Of a stretch of DNA of 64,000 bases, positions 9,007-17,742 are shown piece after piece; position 1 is the stretch's first letter, and every line of letters begins with the position of its first letter. Under the pieces are notes generated by a model. That model ran no database searches and was not told where the DNA came from. It saw only the letters and a program-made list of their open reading frames with translations. Source of the stretch: an uncultured Patescibacteria group bacterium (GTDB taxonomy: Bacteria > Patescibacteriota > Microgenomatia > UBA1400 > PJMF01); the NCBI GenBank assembly GCA_905478415.1, contig CAJQIG010000002.1, positions 186,699 to 250,698 of the forward strand, given 5' to 3'. The translations under genes and the position numbers were made by a program.

Positions 9007-10302
9007 GTGACAAATCAAGTAGTTTGGCATGAAATCTCAGCAACTAAGTTGGCAGAAAAAATGGAAACTGGTGACTCTAACAGCGACTTACAACAGGCGC
9101 GTGGAATCAAGTATGGTCACCATACATATGGTGAAATGTATATGATTGAGCGTGAGAAATCACTTGGCCATTGGCCTCATTTCTTTGCTCAATTCTGTGC
9201 ACAACAGCAGTTGAAAGTTACTGGCAACATTACTGTTGTTGGTATCAATGATGGTCAAGAAGTGGCAGTCTTACCAGCTCGTAGTATTGTCGGTTTTGAC
9301 ATTGCTGCAGCGGCACTCGAACGTGGCCGTCAGGCATTTCCATACATTGATTTTAAATTGATGGATATCACGATTGGTGAGTTAGCGGCTAAAAATGCCG
9401 ACGTCTATCTCAGTTTCCGTACTGCCCATATTTTTTTTAATGAGCAGTTGGCTCACATTGTGAGTCAGGCTTATCGGAATTTGAAAGGCGGCGGCAAAGC
9501 TGTATTTTCAGTTCCAGGTGGCTATATGGAAGCAGATGGCACCATAGTGATTGGACAGAAAGTTGAAGGTGGTGTAAATCGCCAAAAACCTTTTGAAGAT
9601 GCCGGACGGATTGCGGAAGCAATGCGTGTTGCAGGCTTCTTAGATGTTGCAATTGTAGATCACGGTATTGAGATTTTTGTTGTTGGTTTGCGACCATGGA
9701 GTATTTTGTTTGTAAACGGCAGTCCTCGTTCAAAAGGGAACTCGGATCAACTGGTTACCTATTTGATGGGAGAAGCACAAGCGATGGGGTTTAGTCCTCA
9801 GTCTGTGAATCTTCGTTCAAAAAAACCAGCTCCGATTGCTTTTTGTACTGGGTGCGATCACTGTCACGCAGTGAAGCACAATGTCTGCGTTTTTAAAAAG
9901 GACTACTTCACGCTTGAGGTCGAACAGCGAATGCTTGATGCAGATGCTGTGTACTTGGTGAGTCCCAGCTACCAAGCTGGGGTCACTGGTTTCATGAAAA
10001 TCTTCATGGACCGGTGTGAAGTCTTCCGTAAAGGACGTTTGCTTAAGAACAAAGTATGTGGAGGAGCTGCTATCGGCGGCTATGCCGGCGGTGGGCAAGA
10101 GTCCATTTTGCATCAAATGCATTTCTTTGCACAAATCCTGGCAATGCGCTGGGTAGGTGCACATGGTAAACGTCGTTCTCACCTTGGTGGGCACCTAATC
10201 GGTTACGATAAGGGTGCTGTCATGGAAGATGAAGACGGCCTAACCAGTGCACGTAATGTGCTGGTTGAAATGCGAAGTTTATTGGAAGATATTGCAAGCT
10301 GA
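9007..10302 (+). CDS. Fusion protein: class-I methyltransferase-like N-domain plus iron-sulfur flavoprotein (Isf / NADPH-dependent FMN reductase-like) C-domain
   Basis: N-half has VVGINDGQE / GFDIAAAAL / LKGGGKAVFSVP. C-half has ILFVNGSPRSKGNSD plus the compact CTGCDHCHAVKHNVC (CX2CX2CX7C) motif. GTG start. Confidence 0.6.
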   Translation: MTNQVVWHEISATKLAEKMETGDSNSDLQQARGIKYGHHTYGEMYMIEREKSLGHWPHFFAQFCAQQQLKVTGNITVVGINDGQEVAVLPARSIVGFDIAAAALERGRQAFPYIDFKLMDITIGELAAKNADVYLSFRTAHIFFNEQLAHIVSQAYRNLKGGGKAVFSVPGGYMEADGTIVIGQKVEGGVNRQKPFEDAGRIAEAMRVAGFLDVAIVDHGIEIFVVGLRPWSILFVNGSPRSKGNSDQLVTYLMGEAQAMGFSPQSVNLRSKKPAPIAFCTGCDHCHAVKHNVCVFKKDYFTLEVEQRMLDADAVYLVSPSYQAGVTGFMKIFMDRCEVFRKGRLLKNKVCGGAAIGGYAGGGQESILHQMHFFAQILAMRWVGAHGKRRSHLGGHLIGYDKGAVMEDEDGLTSARNVLVEMRSLLEDIAS

Positions 10303-10360
10303 ACACATTTTTTTGAAGTTATAGAATGGGCTGGGTGTTTAATAACATCCAGCCCTTTTT

Positions 10361-10783
10361 TTATTTATTTTGTAGTTTTTCAATATCTACCTTGGTTGCA
10401 ACAGAGAGGGGGAGGTGTTGAGCTTCTTCGAGATTGAACCATTGTAGTTGTGAAATTTTTGTTGGTTCAAGGATCGTTGGGGTGCCGGAACGTATAGAGC
10501 AGATAAAAGTGAGTGCTACCCAATGTTGTTTTTCGTTGGTAAGGATATGATCAATGGTGCTCAGCTGGCTCTCTACCTGTATTATTACTCCAATTTCTTC
10601 TTGTACTTCTCTGATAAGAGCTTCTTGAAGTGTTTCACCAAACTCAACGGTACCGCCAGGAATTTCCCAAGTACCACGCTCATTTTTTGCAGCTGGTCCA
10701 CGTAAGCTAAGTAGAATTTTGTTATCAGGGTCTAAGATAACTGCTCCAACCCCAACCCCAATACAGTCTGTTCCTATTTTCAT
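10361..10783 (-). CDS. NUDIX hydrolase
   Basis: Nudix box GGTVEFGETLQEALIREVQEEIGV (GX5EX7REUXEEXGU). Confidence 0.9.
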   Translation of the reverse strand: MKIGTDCIGVGVGAVILDPDNKILLSLRGPAAKNERGTWEIPGGTVEFGETLQEALIREVQEEIGVIIQVESQLSTIDHILTNEKQHWVALTFICSIRSGTPTILEPTKISQLQWFNLEEAQHLPLSVATKVDIEKLQNK

Positions 10784-10844
10784 AGTTTTTTCTATAAAAA
10801 TGCCAGATTCATAGAATCTGGCATTTTAAATAACTTTTTTTTCT

Positions 10845-11561
10845 TTACACCTCAAAATCAACTTTAATCCCAGGACTCATGGTCGCAGAAAGAGTAGATT
10901 TAAGGACTTTTCCTTTAAGAGCAGTCATCAAAGCGTTGTAGTTTTCAACGAGTTCTTTTGTATCCATTGAAACTTTTCCAATGGTTACATGAATAACTGG
11001 TCGTTTCTTTTCTGTCTTAATGATCAGCTCACCTTTTTCAAGATCAGCCTTCTTCTGTTCTGGATTTGCAGTCACAGTACCGTTCTTTGGGTTTGGCATT
11101 AAGCCTCTTGGGCCCAAAACACGAGCGTGTTTGGCTATTTTAGGCATAAACTGTGGAGTCGTGATCAATGCATCAAAATCGATGTTGCCGGCTTCAATTT
11201 CAGCTAGGACAGCGTCATCAACGATAACTACTTTGAGTGATTTTCCAGTAGAGTGGGGAAGCGTAAGCTTGTTTTGGACTCCAGTTTCTCTGACAACTCC
11301 ATCAACAGTAATACTACCGTCGAATTTTGAGTATGAAAGTTTCTTGGTAAGTTCAATCGCAGAGAAAGCGTCGTAGATCTTGGTTTTATCGACCTGTGAA
11401 CGAGTTGCTACATACTTCTTGCTGCGAATTCGAGCAGCTTTTTTTTCTGCTTTTGGAGCAGCTGTTTCAGCATCGCTTTCTACAGCAGGTGCTTGTGTGT
11501 TTTCGACAATTTTGACCTCATCAGTGGTCGCGGACATGTCAACGTTTTTTTTCGATCCCAT
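10845..11561 (-). CDS. rplA: 50S ribosomal protein L1, with an N-terminal extension of about 45 aa
   Basis: GPRGLMPNPKNGTVT and overall L1 similarity. Located downstream of rplK. Confidence 0.95.
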   Translation of the reverse strand: MGSKKNVDMSATTDEVKIVENTQAPAVESDAETAAPKAEKKAARIRSKKYVATRSQVDKTKIYDAFSAIELTKKLSYSKFDGSITVDGVVRETGVQNKLTLPHSTGKSLKVVIVDDAVLAEIEAGNIDFDALITTPQFMPKIAKHARVLGPRGLMPNPKNGTVTANPEQKKADLEKGELIIKTEKKRPVIHVTIGKVSMDTKELVENYNALMTALKGKVLKSTLSATMSPGIKVDFEV

Positions 11562-11616
11562 GGTATCTCCTTAATTCCGTCAAAGCGGGGTATAAGTAAT
11601 TAATACTTTTCGTGCA

Positions 11617-11668
11617 TTGCACCTCTTTTATTCATCTGCTATCGCCAGGCTGAACAAAAGAGGTGCAA
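11617..11668 (-). promoter_or_regulatory. Perfect 13-bp stem-loop in the rplK-rplA intergenic region (candidate L1 autoregulatory/processing element)
   Basis: TTGCACCTCTTTT (11617-11629) pairs with AAAAGAGGTGCAA (11656-11668) around a 26-nt loop. No U-run follows on the coding (minus) strand. Confidence 0.35.
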
Positions 11669-11690
11669 GGTACTCTTTTTCTTCTTACAA

Positions 11691-12116
11691 TTACTCAGCA
11701 ATGGCAACACCCATACTTCGGGCTGCACCCTTGACTGAGTTCATAGCTGCTTCAACATCATTGGTGTTGAGGTCAGGTAGTTTTTCAGTAGCGATAGCTC
11801 GAACTTGATCCATTGTTAGGGTTCCCACTGAGTTGCGACCTGGAGTTTGACTTCCAGATTTGAGTTTGAGCACTTGCTTGATCATAGCTGATACTGGAGG
11901 TAGTTTGAGTTCGTATGTGAATGAACGGTCTGCATAGACAGTGATTTCAGCAGGAATAGTTTGACCTTTTTTGTCTTGAGTAGCAGCATTATACTGCTTC
12001 AAGAAGTCCATCATGTTGATTCCAGCTTGACCAAGAATAGGTCCCACTGGAGGAGCTGGAGTTGCGGTACCAGCTGGAAGATTAAGTTTGAGTTTGTTAA
12101 TTATTTTTTTTGCCAT
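11691..12116 (-). CDS. rplK: 50S ribosomal protein L11
   Basis: PAGTATPAPPVGPILGQAGINMMDF is a typical L11 N-domain. Located downstream of nusG. Confidence 0.97.
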   Translation of the reverse strand: MAKKIINKLKLNLPAGTATPAPPVGPILGQAGINMMDFLKQYNAATQDKKGQTIPAEITVYADRSFTYELKLPPVSAMIKQVLKLKSGSQTPGRNSVGTLTMDQVRAIATEKLPDLNTNDVEAAMNSVKGAARSMGVAIAE

Positions 12117-12136
12117 ACGTTGCTTTTATATTATTC

Positions 12137-12748
12137 TTATACTTTCTTTACTTGGAGGAAATCGAGGGTAACTGGAGTCTCACGACCGAAAATGTTAACC
12201 AGGACTTCGACTTGACCTTTTTCTTCATTAATTGCATTGACTGTTCCGAGGAAGTCGTTGAACGGACCATCGACAATGCGGACCGCTTCGCCTTCGACAT
12301 AATCTGCCTTGTATGAAGGAGCAGCTTGAGTCATGTACTTCATGATGGCTTTGACTTCATGCTTAGGAAGAGCAGTTGGTTTGTTACCAACTCCAACGAA
12401 ACCAGTGACTCCTTGAGTGGTGCGAACAGCTAACCAAGAATCATCTGTGAGTTCCATGTTAACTAACATGTACCCAGGGAAGATTTTTTCGCTGACAGTT
12501 TTTCGAGTTCCGCGTTTGATCTGAATTTTTTCTTGGGTTGGAATCAAAATTCCGAGAATTTTACCAGTTAAGTTCAAAGTTTCGACACGTTGCTTGAGGG
12601 CTTCAGCTACTTTGTTCTCGTGACCAGAGTAGGCGTGAACGACATACCAACGAGCCTTGCGGTTTTCGGCTTCCGAAACAACAATTAAGTTTGGGGTTTG
12701 CACCTTAACTTCTTGAACTTCTGGTGGTGTCATTGTTTGATCTGTCAT
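12137..12748 (-). CDS. nusG: Transcription termination/antitermination factor NusG
   Basis: ARWYVVHAYSGHENKV NGN domain and a C-terminal KOW domain (GEAVRIVDGPFNDFLGTV). secE-nusG-rplK-rplA synteny. Confidence 0.95.
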   Translation of the reverse strand: MTDQTMTPPEVQEVKVQTPNLIVVSEAENRKARWYVVHAYSGHENKVAEALKQRVETLNLTGKILGILIPTQEKIQIKRGTRKTVSEKIFPGYMLVNMELTDDSWLAVRTTQGVTGFVGVGNKPTALPKHEVKAIMKYMTQAAPSYKADYVEGEAVRIVDGPFNDFLGTVNAINEEKGQVEVLVNIFGRETPVTLDFLQVKKV

Positions 12749-12782
12749 ATATTTTCTTTTTAGCTACAACTCCGGGCAGCAG

Positions 12783-12980
12783 TTATACCAATACAGCGAG
12801 TAATTTTGAGAAGATAAAATCTAATACTCCAATGTACAAACCAATTAAAATACTGACGCTGAGAACCAAGATTGTCTTTTCTTGTGTCTGTTCTCTTGAA
12901 GGCCAAGAAACCTTTTTGATTTCGCGGGTTACTTCCTTAAAGTACGTTGCAGGTTTGAACATAGGCAAGTATTGTAACAA
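12783..12980 (-). CDS. secE: Preprotein translocase subunit SecE
   Basis: 65 aa. FKEVTREIKKVSWPSREQT followed by a single TM segment. Immediately upstream of nusG. Confidence 0.9.
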   Translation of the reverse strand: MLQYLPMFKPATYFKEVTREIKKVSWPSREQTQEKTILVLSVSILIGLYIGVLDFIFSKLLAVLV

Positions 12981-13022
12981 AAAAGATCAATTTTTGAAAT
13001 ACCCTAACTTAACGGGGCTTTT

Positions 13023-14753
13023 TTATGATTTATTTGTTGGGACTGTGGGACCACTTGGTGGAGTAATACCCTTACTTTTTACTCGTTCCATCATGCTGGA
13101 GGCAGGTTTTGACTCAGTCGCACTTGCTTGAGCAGGAGCTTGTGTAGCAGCAACCTGTTTTTCCAATGTTGCTTGGGTTGGCATACTTGCGGTTGGTGTT
13201 GTCATGCTGCGAGCAGTGGTTAATGGAGTCTCGATGTTTTGTCGTTTCTCAATATCTTGGGGTGCTGCTGGCTTTGTTGCAGGCGTAACTGGTGTTCCAG
13301 AGCTTTTTTTATTGCCGAGGGCTTTCTTTATAAGTAGCACAATCAGCGCTAGTATAAAGAGTCCGATGCCAGCTCCAATAACAATCAGTGGCAAGGCCGA
13401 ATCTGGTGTGCTCATCATCTGACGAAGGAGGTCGAGAGCACTTTCATTCTCAGCCAATGGAATATTTTCAAGAGTATCTGCTTTTTCCATACCAGGAATG
13501 ACGTTCTCTTGCTCAGGCGTGGTCTCTGTAGTTTCTGTTGTGGCTTCTTCTGTTGCATCGGTGGTTGTTTCTGCAATTTCAGCAGGTTTTCCAGTGTTCT
13601 CTGATTGTGAGTCTGCGCCCTTAGGAGCACTGTAGGTAGTAGAAATAATTGCAACTGTTGAAGGAGTGCAGCTGGTACTACTGACGTTTGTTGCCAGGCG
13701 GCAAGCTCCTTGATAACAGCGAAGATTGATGTCACAGTCGTCATTTGTCGAACAAGCAGTGTTACAGCTTAACGCTAAGTTTTCTTCTTCTTCTGTAGTG
13801 AGCGCAGTACAAGCTGTGTCCTCTGTATTTTGTGGATCTCGGCATTTATTATTCCAGCAGAAGAGGCCATCTTGGCATTCATTAGTGGTGGCACAGCCTT
13901 GGTTACAAGAGTACTCTGGGCCAGATACTGTGGTACTACATTGGTTGTTTGTTGGATTAATGGCTAAGCGACAGACACTTTTTTCACCTAAATCGTAGCA
14001 GCGTTGGTTAATACCGCACTCATCATTACTTGAACAATTGTCATTACAACTGACAACTTCGATGCCCCCAACTGCAGGTGATGGAGAAGGTGACGGAGAG
14101 ACATCTGGTGATGCTGATGGAGAAGGAGAGGGGCTCACTTCTGGATCATCGCTTGGTTCTTCGTTAACAGTTAGGGTGAGTGAAGGCACGTGCTTGAGTT
14201 TGTCCTCGAGAGGATTGCTTCCGTGGAGAATAGAGATTGATTCTTCACGATCAAAGTTAAAAGTAATGGTCCCTGCTTGCGTAGGAATGAAGCTGACTCT
14301 TAGAAAGGCCGCTGGTTCAGCGGTGGTAAATGGTTGTCCAATTTGGGCAGGAAGAGCGAGCGCTTGCACTAGGAAGCCATCTTGCGTACGTTCAACTTGT
14401 GTACCTGCTGCTTGTAGACCAGTGCCAGTAATGACATCGGCAGTGAGCGTATCAAAACTGTCTGAGATAACGTTAAAGAGAACTTGGATTCCATCCGTGG
14501 GGACTGAGTGGGTAGTGACTTTGAAGACAACCTCAGTTTCTTGACCAACAGTAATCTTGGTTCCAGGGGTAACCGTGTTTGAAATTTCGACAACGCCGTT
14601 ATCGATTGATGCTTGTCTTCGAATATCTTGAGGGTTTTGCAGAGGGGCTTGCACAAGGAGCAGGCCGACAACACTAAAAGCTACCGTCAAAACAGCCAGC
14701 AGGACGCCAGTTGTTGATGGTTTTTGAAGAAATGATTTTGTTGTCTTTTTCAT
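13023..14753 (-). CDS. Surface protein: signal/TM segment, cohesin-like beta domain, PS-rich linker, three Cys-rich repeats, acidic T/E-rich region, C-terminal TM anchor
   Basis: N-terminal VLLAVLTVAFSVVGLLLV; SPSPSPSASPDVSPSPSPSP linker. Repeats SCNDNCSSNDECGINQRCY..., SCNQGCATTNECQDGLFCW..., SCNTACSTNDDCDINLRCY.... C-terminal LPLIVIGAGIGLFILALIVLLI. Confidence 0.7.
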   Translation of the reverse strand: MKKTTKSFLQKPSTTGVLLAVLTVAFSVVGLLLVQAPLQNPQDIRRQASIDNGVVEISNTVTPGTKITVGQETEVVFKVTTHSVPTDGIQVLFNVISDSFDTLTADVITGTGLQAAGTQVERTQDGFLVQALALPAQIGQPFTTAEPAAFLRVSFIPTQAGTITFNFDREESISILHGSNPLEDKLKHVPSLTLTVNEEPSDDPEVSPSPSPSASPDVSPSPSPSPAVGGIEVVSCNDNCSSNDECGINQRCYDLGEKSVCRLAINPTNNQCSTTVSGPEYSCNQGCATTNECQDGLFCWNNKCRDPQNTEDTACTALTTEEEENLALSCNTACSTNDDCDINLRCYQGACRLATNVSSTSCTPSTVAIISTTYSAPKGADSQSENTGKPAEIAETTTDATEEATTETTETTPEQENVIPGMEKADTLENIPLAENESALDLLRQMMSTPDSALPLIVIGAGIGLFILALIVLLIKKALGNKKSSGTPVTPATKPAAPQDIEKRQNIETPLTTARSMTTPTASMPTQATLEKQVAATQAPAQASATESKPASSMMERVKSKGITPPSGPTVPTNKS

Positions 14754-14768
14754 AGGTGCCGATACTCC

Positions 14769-15743
14769 TTATTGAGTTACTGTGAATTTTCCTGCCATGA
14801 TTGAGTAATCTTTAATGTCTACACTCGAGTCGCAGTTTATATCTGCGGTAAGCATACTATTCCGAGTTAAGAATTCTCGACTTAAAATAGCAAAGTCTCT
14901 CAGGTCCACTTTTCCATCCGTATTGAGGTCTGGATTGTTAGCACATTTTTTAGCATCAAAGGTGTGTTGGTGTTTATTGTTGTCGTAGTTTGTTTCTTGG
15001 ATGATGGTTTCTCCATGGGTATCAACAGTATCAATACTGAAGAGAAAACGGTTTCTTTCCTGAGCTACGAAAGATCCGGAAAGTTTAGTCATGTAGCCAT
15101 CTTGGTGAGCAGTGAGCATGTTGTAGAAGACAAGATCTCCCGTTTTGTTTCGATTTGATGTGAGTGATACAAAAAAACTTGGAAGTTGTTCAGTGGGACC
15201 TTTCACCAGGTTTTGTAGAGCTACATCGACGCTGAAATAGTAGGTTTTACCAGTCATGAGTTCAGATTCTGGGACTTCGTCAGTGAGAGCTTCATCAAAA
15301 AAGAAGGTTGGGGTATCGAGTTGAGTAGTATCAGTGAAGAAAATATCTTCAATTGGCTGGGTGCAAACAATAATGGGATCACAAGGAGCGGCAAAACACT
15401 CAACCTGTTGGTATCGACATCCAGGAGGAAGTTCGCAGATTCTACGGCTTGCACAACTGCCTTCAGTCAAAGCACCTTCTGTCTCAAGACACACATCTAG
15501 GTTTTGGCACGGTTCTATAACTTCATCTCTAGAAACGGCAACAGTTGCAGTACTAGCATCGGAGCGTACATCGACGGACTTATTTGATTGAAGATCCTGA
15601 AGTACAAAAAATGATCCGATAATACCAGCTACAACTAAGAAGATACTAAATCCAAACAACGCGCCACTGAGTCCATTAGAAAGTCGAGTCAGAGGAGAGT
15701 TCGATAAAGATGTAGTTTTGTGCATAAAAGGCAAACTAGGCAT
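14769..15743 (-). CDS. Membrane-anchored/secreted protein with a C-terminal type-I dockerin-like module
   Basis: TM segment ALFGFSIFLVVAGIIGSFFVL. Two dockerin-like Ca-binding repeats: DLNTDGKVDLRDFAILSREF and DINCDSSVDIKDYSIMAGKF. Confidence 0.7.
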   Translation of the reverse strand: MPSLPFMHKTTSLSNSPLTRLSNGLSGALFGFSIFLVVAGIIGSFFVLQDLQSNKSVDVRSDASTATVAVSRDEVIEPCQNLDVCLETEGALTEGSCASRRICELPPGCRYQQVECFAAPCDPIIVCTQPIEDIFFTDTTQLDTPTFFFDEALTDEVPESELMTGKTYYFSVDVALQNLVKGPTEQLPSFFVSLTSNRNKTGDLVFYNMLTAHQDGYMTKLSGSFVAQERNRFLFSIDTVDTHGETIIQETNYDNNKHQHTFDAKKCANNPDLNTDGKVDLRDFAILSREFLTRNSMLTADINCDSSVDIKDYSIMAGKFTVTQ

Positions 15744-15929
15744 ACTATGTAATAGACTGCATATACATAGTATCGAATTTTTGGCATCTTGTTTAGTCTG
15801 AATTTTTGTCGAGAGAGTATTGGGTGGGAAAAATGTTACAATGTATGAAGAAGTGTGATACTTTTAAGTATAGTGTAAAATGAAATAGTTAAAGACTATT
15901 ATTTTGCGTAACAATAAAAAGGAGAGCAT

Positions 15930-16814
15930 ATGACCGAACATCCAGTTAGAAAAGCCATTATCACTGATGCTGGTTTTGCCAGCCGATATCTTCCCATTAC
16001 TAAATCAGTGCCAAAAGGTATGTTACCACTTGGGAACAAACCAATTATGCAGTTTATGGTTGAGGAATGCGCTGAAGCGGGGATCGAAGAGATTATCATT
16101 GTGGCTACCCCAGAAGGAAAGCCAGTCTACGAAGATTACTTCAACAACAGTGTCAACAGAATTCGTAAGCAGCTAGCTGCTCAAGGCAAAGAAGATCGAT
16201 ACGAACCGGTGCAACATGTGCTTAATTTTCCAAAAATTGTAGTGATTACTCAAGACGAGAGTTTGCCATATGGGAATGGTTCTCCAGTAGCTTCTGCTCA
16301 AAAATTTGTCGAAGGAGAAGAAGCCTTTTTAGTTATGTACAGTGATGATGTCCTGTTTGGCGATCAAGGTGATGCTAAGACAATGGTTGATTTGTACGAA
16401 GCCAATCCAGACGTAGCCGGCATTATTATGTCTCAGGCAGTCAGCCCTAAAGTGGTTGATAAATATGGAATTATCACCTTTAAAGATGGATCTGATACAG
16501 ATCTCGACTTTATTGTTGAGAAACCTGATAAAGGAACAGAACCATCTCTCTTAGCTTCGTATGGACGATATTTGTTAACTCCAGCAGTGTTGCAATATCT
16601 TGTTCCAACAAATACTGGTAAGGATAATGAACTCTGGACTGTAGATGCAATTACCCAGGTTTCAAAAACAAAACGAATTTTAGTTGGTAAGACAAAAGGT
16701 GAGTGGATGACCACCGGTGATCCTGAAAATTACTTCAAGGCCCACCTTAAGTTTGTGCTTAATAACGAGAAGTATGGTTCAAAGGTGTCAGAGTGGGTCA
16801 AAGAGTTGGCCTAG
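15930..16814 (+). CDS. Sugar-1-phosphate nucleotidylyltransferase, GalU-like with a degenerate GxGTR motif
   Basis: KAIITDAGFASRYLPITKSVPKGMLP compared with canonical AGxGTRFLPxTKxxPKEMLP. Paralog of 57809..58666. Confidence 0.7.
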   Translation: MTEHPVRKAIITDAGFASRYLPITKSVPKGMLPLGNKPIMQFMVEECAEAGIEEIIIVATPEGKPVYEDYFNNSVNRIRKQLAAQGKEDRYEPVQHVLNFPKIVVITQDESLPYGNGSPVASAQKFVEGEEAFLVMYSDDVLFGDQGDAKTMVDLYEANPDVAGIIMSQAVSPKVVDKYGIITFKDGSDTDLDFIVEKPDKGTEPSLLASYGRYLLTPAVLQYLVPTNTGKDNELWTVDAITQVSKTKRILVGKTKGEWMTTGDPENYFKAHLKFVLNNEKYGSKVSEWVKELA

Positions 16815-16896
16815 TTTGAGATTTTTGATCATCTTTTGAGATGCTTTGGATAGTTGTATACTGAACCTATTCAAGCAATTGAAGAACATTAATAAA

Positions 16897-17040
16897 CAGT
16901 CCTGTGTGAGAGGTGCGAGTTTTCCCGAATAATTCACGTACGGGTTTATGGATGTTGAAATGCTCTGTGGAGTACTTCACTTCCTACCCACTTTAGTTCC
17001 TGTGGGAATTAGATGCCTCTCACGCAGGGCTGTTTTGTAG
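16897..17040 (+). ncRNA. Candidate structured RNA closed by a 17-bp long-range helix (identity unknown)
   Basis: CAGTCCTGTGTGAGAGG (16897-16913) pairs with CCTCTCACGCAGGGCTG (17016-17032; two G-U pairs). It encloses about 100 nt with internal hairpins (CCCAC/GTGGG) and is followed by TTTTGTAGTTT. No ORF. Confidence 0.4.
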
Positions 17041-17255
17041 TTTAAAGAGACAAGTGTTTGATCTCTATTTAATTCTCAAGGACAACTTGATTTGCATCTT
17101 CAAAAACTTCGTGATGAATTCTTCGATACATAGATTTTAAGCGGGTAAATTACTTCAATTTACAATTGAGTCCTATATGTTATAATATAGGTGCTTAAAC
17201 ATAGTAATTATGTCCGGATTCTTATCTGGCATACCGTTCCTTAAAGGAGAAAACA

Positions 17256-17546
17256 GTGGTTACACCAAATCATTTAGATGTCACAGAAGTTGTTAAAACA
17301 GAAGGTGGTTTTCTAGCAACAAAATCAGTGAAAACCGTTTCGATTACCAACAATCATCAAACTGAGTCAGTTTCAGTAAGGTATTGTCATCACAATGTGA
17401 TGTCGCATTACAGCTACGGAAGCATCCCTCAACAAATAATCTGGCTTACTCCAGGTTTTAGCGTTGATATAATTATGGATCACGACGGCTCCATCGAGAT
17501 ATTCGGAAGTGGGATGCCAGTCAAGTTGATAACTCACTCGACCTAA
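17256..17546 (+). CDS. Hypothetical small protein
   Basis: AAAGGAG Shine-Dalgarno 6 nt upstream of a GTG start. A strong terminator follows at 17575-17602. Confidence 0.5.
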   Translation: MVTPNHLDVTEVVKTEGGFLATKSVKTVSITNNHQTESVSVRYCHHNVMSHYSYGSIPQQIIWLTPGFSVDIIMDHDGSIEIFGSGMPVKLITHST

Positions 17547-17574
17547 TACCTTAGTTTTTATGTTTAATGTACAA

Positions 17575-17602
17575 AGCGCCATTTTTTATGGCGCTTTTTT
17601 TT
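17575..17602 (+). terminator. Rho-independent terminator
   Basis: AGCGCCAT pairs with ATGGCGCT, followed by T8. Confidence 0.8.
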
Positions 17603-17742
17603 GAGGCAATAGACATGCAGGGTGTAGGGGAAACGCTAGGGTACTTTTGGTTACTATTTTATTGAATTGAGATTTAGTAAGCTATGTAGTACACTACATG
17701 TCTTGTACTTGGTACAATGAGAGTTGTAGTGCGTCTAGATTT

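Noticed and set aside
16862-16876. GAACCTATT 9-mer near 16865 as another copy of the cassette-boundary repeat
   Set aside because: Only 9 nt match. A chance occurrence of a 9-mer in 64 kb on both strands is not unlikely, and the flanks show no further similarity.
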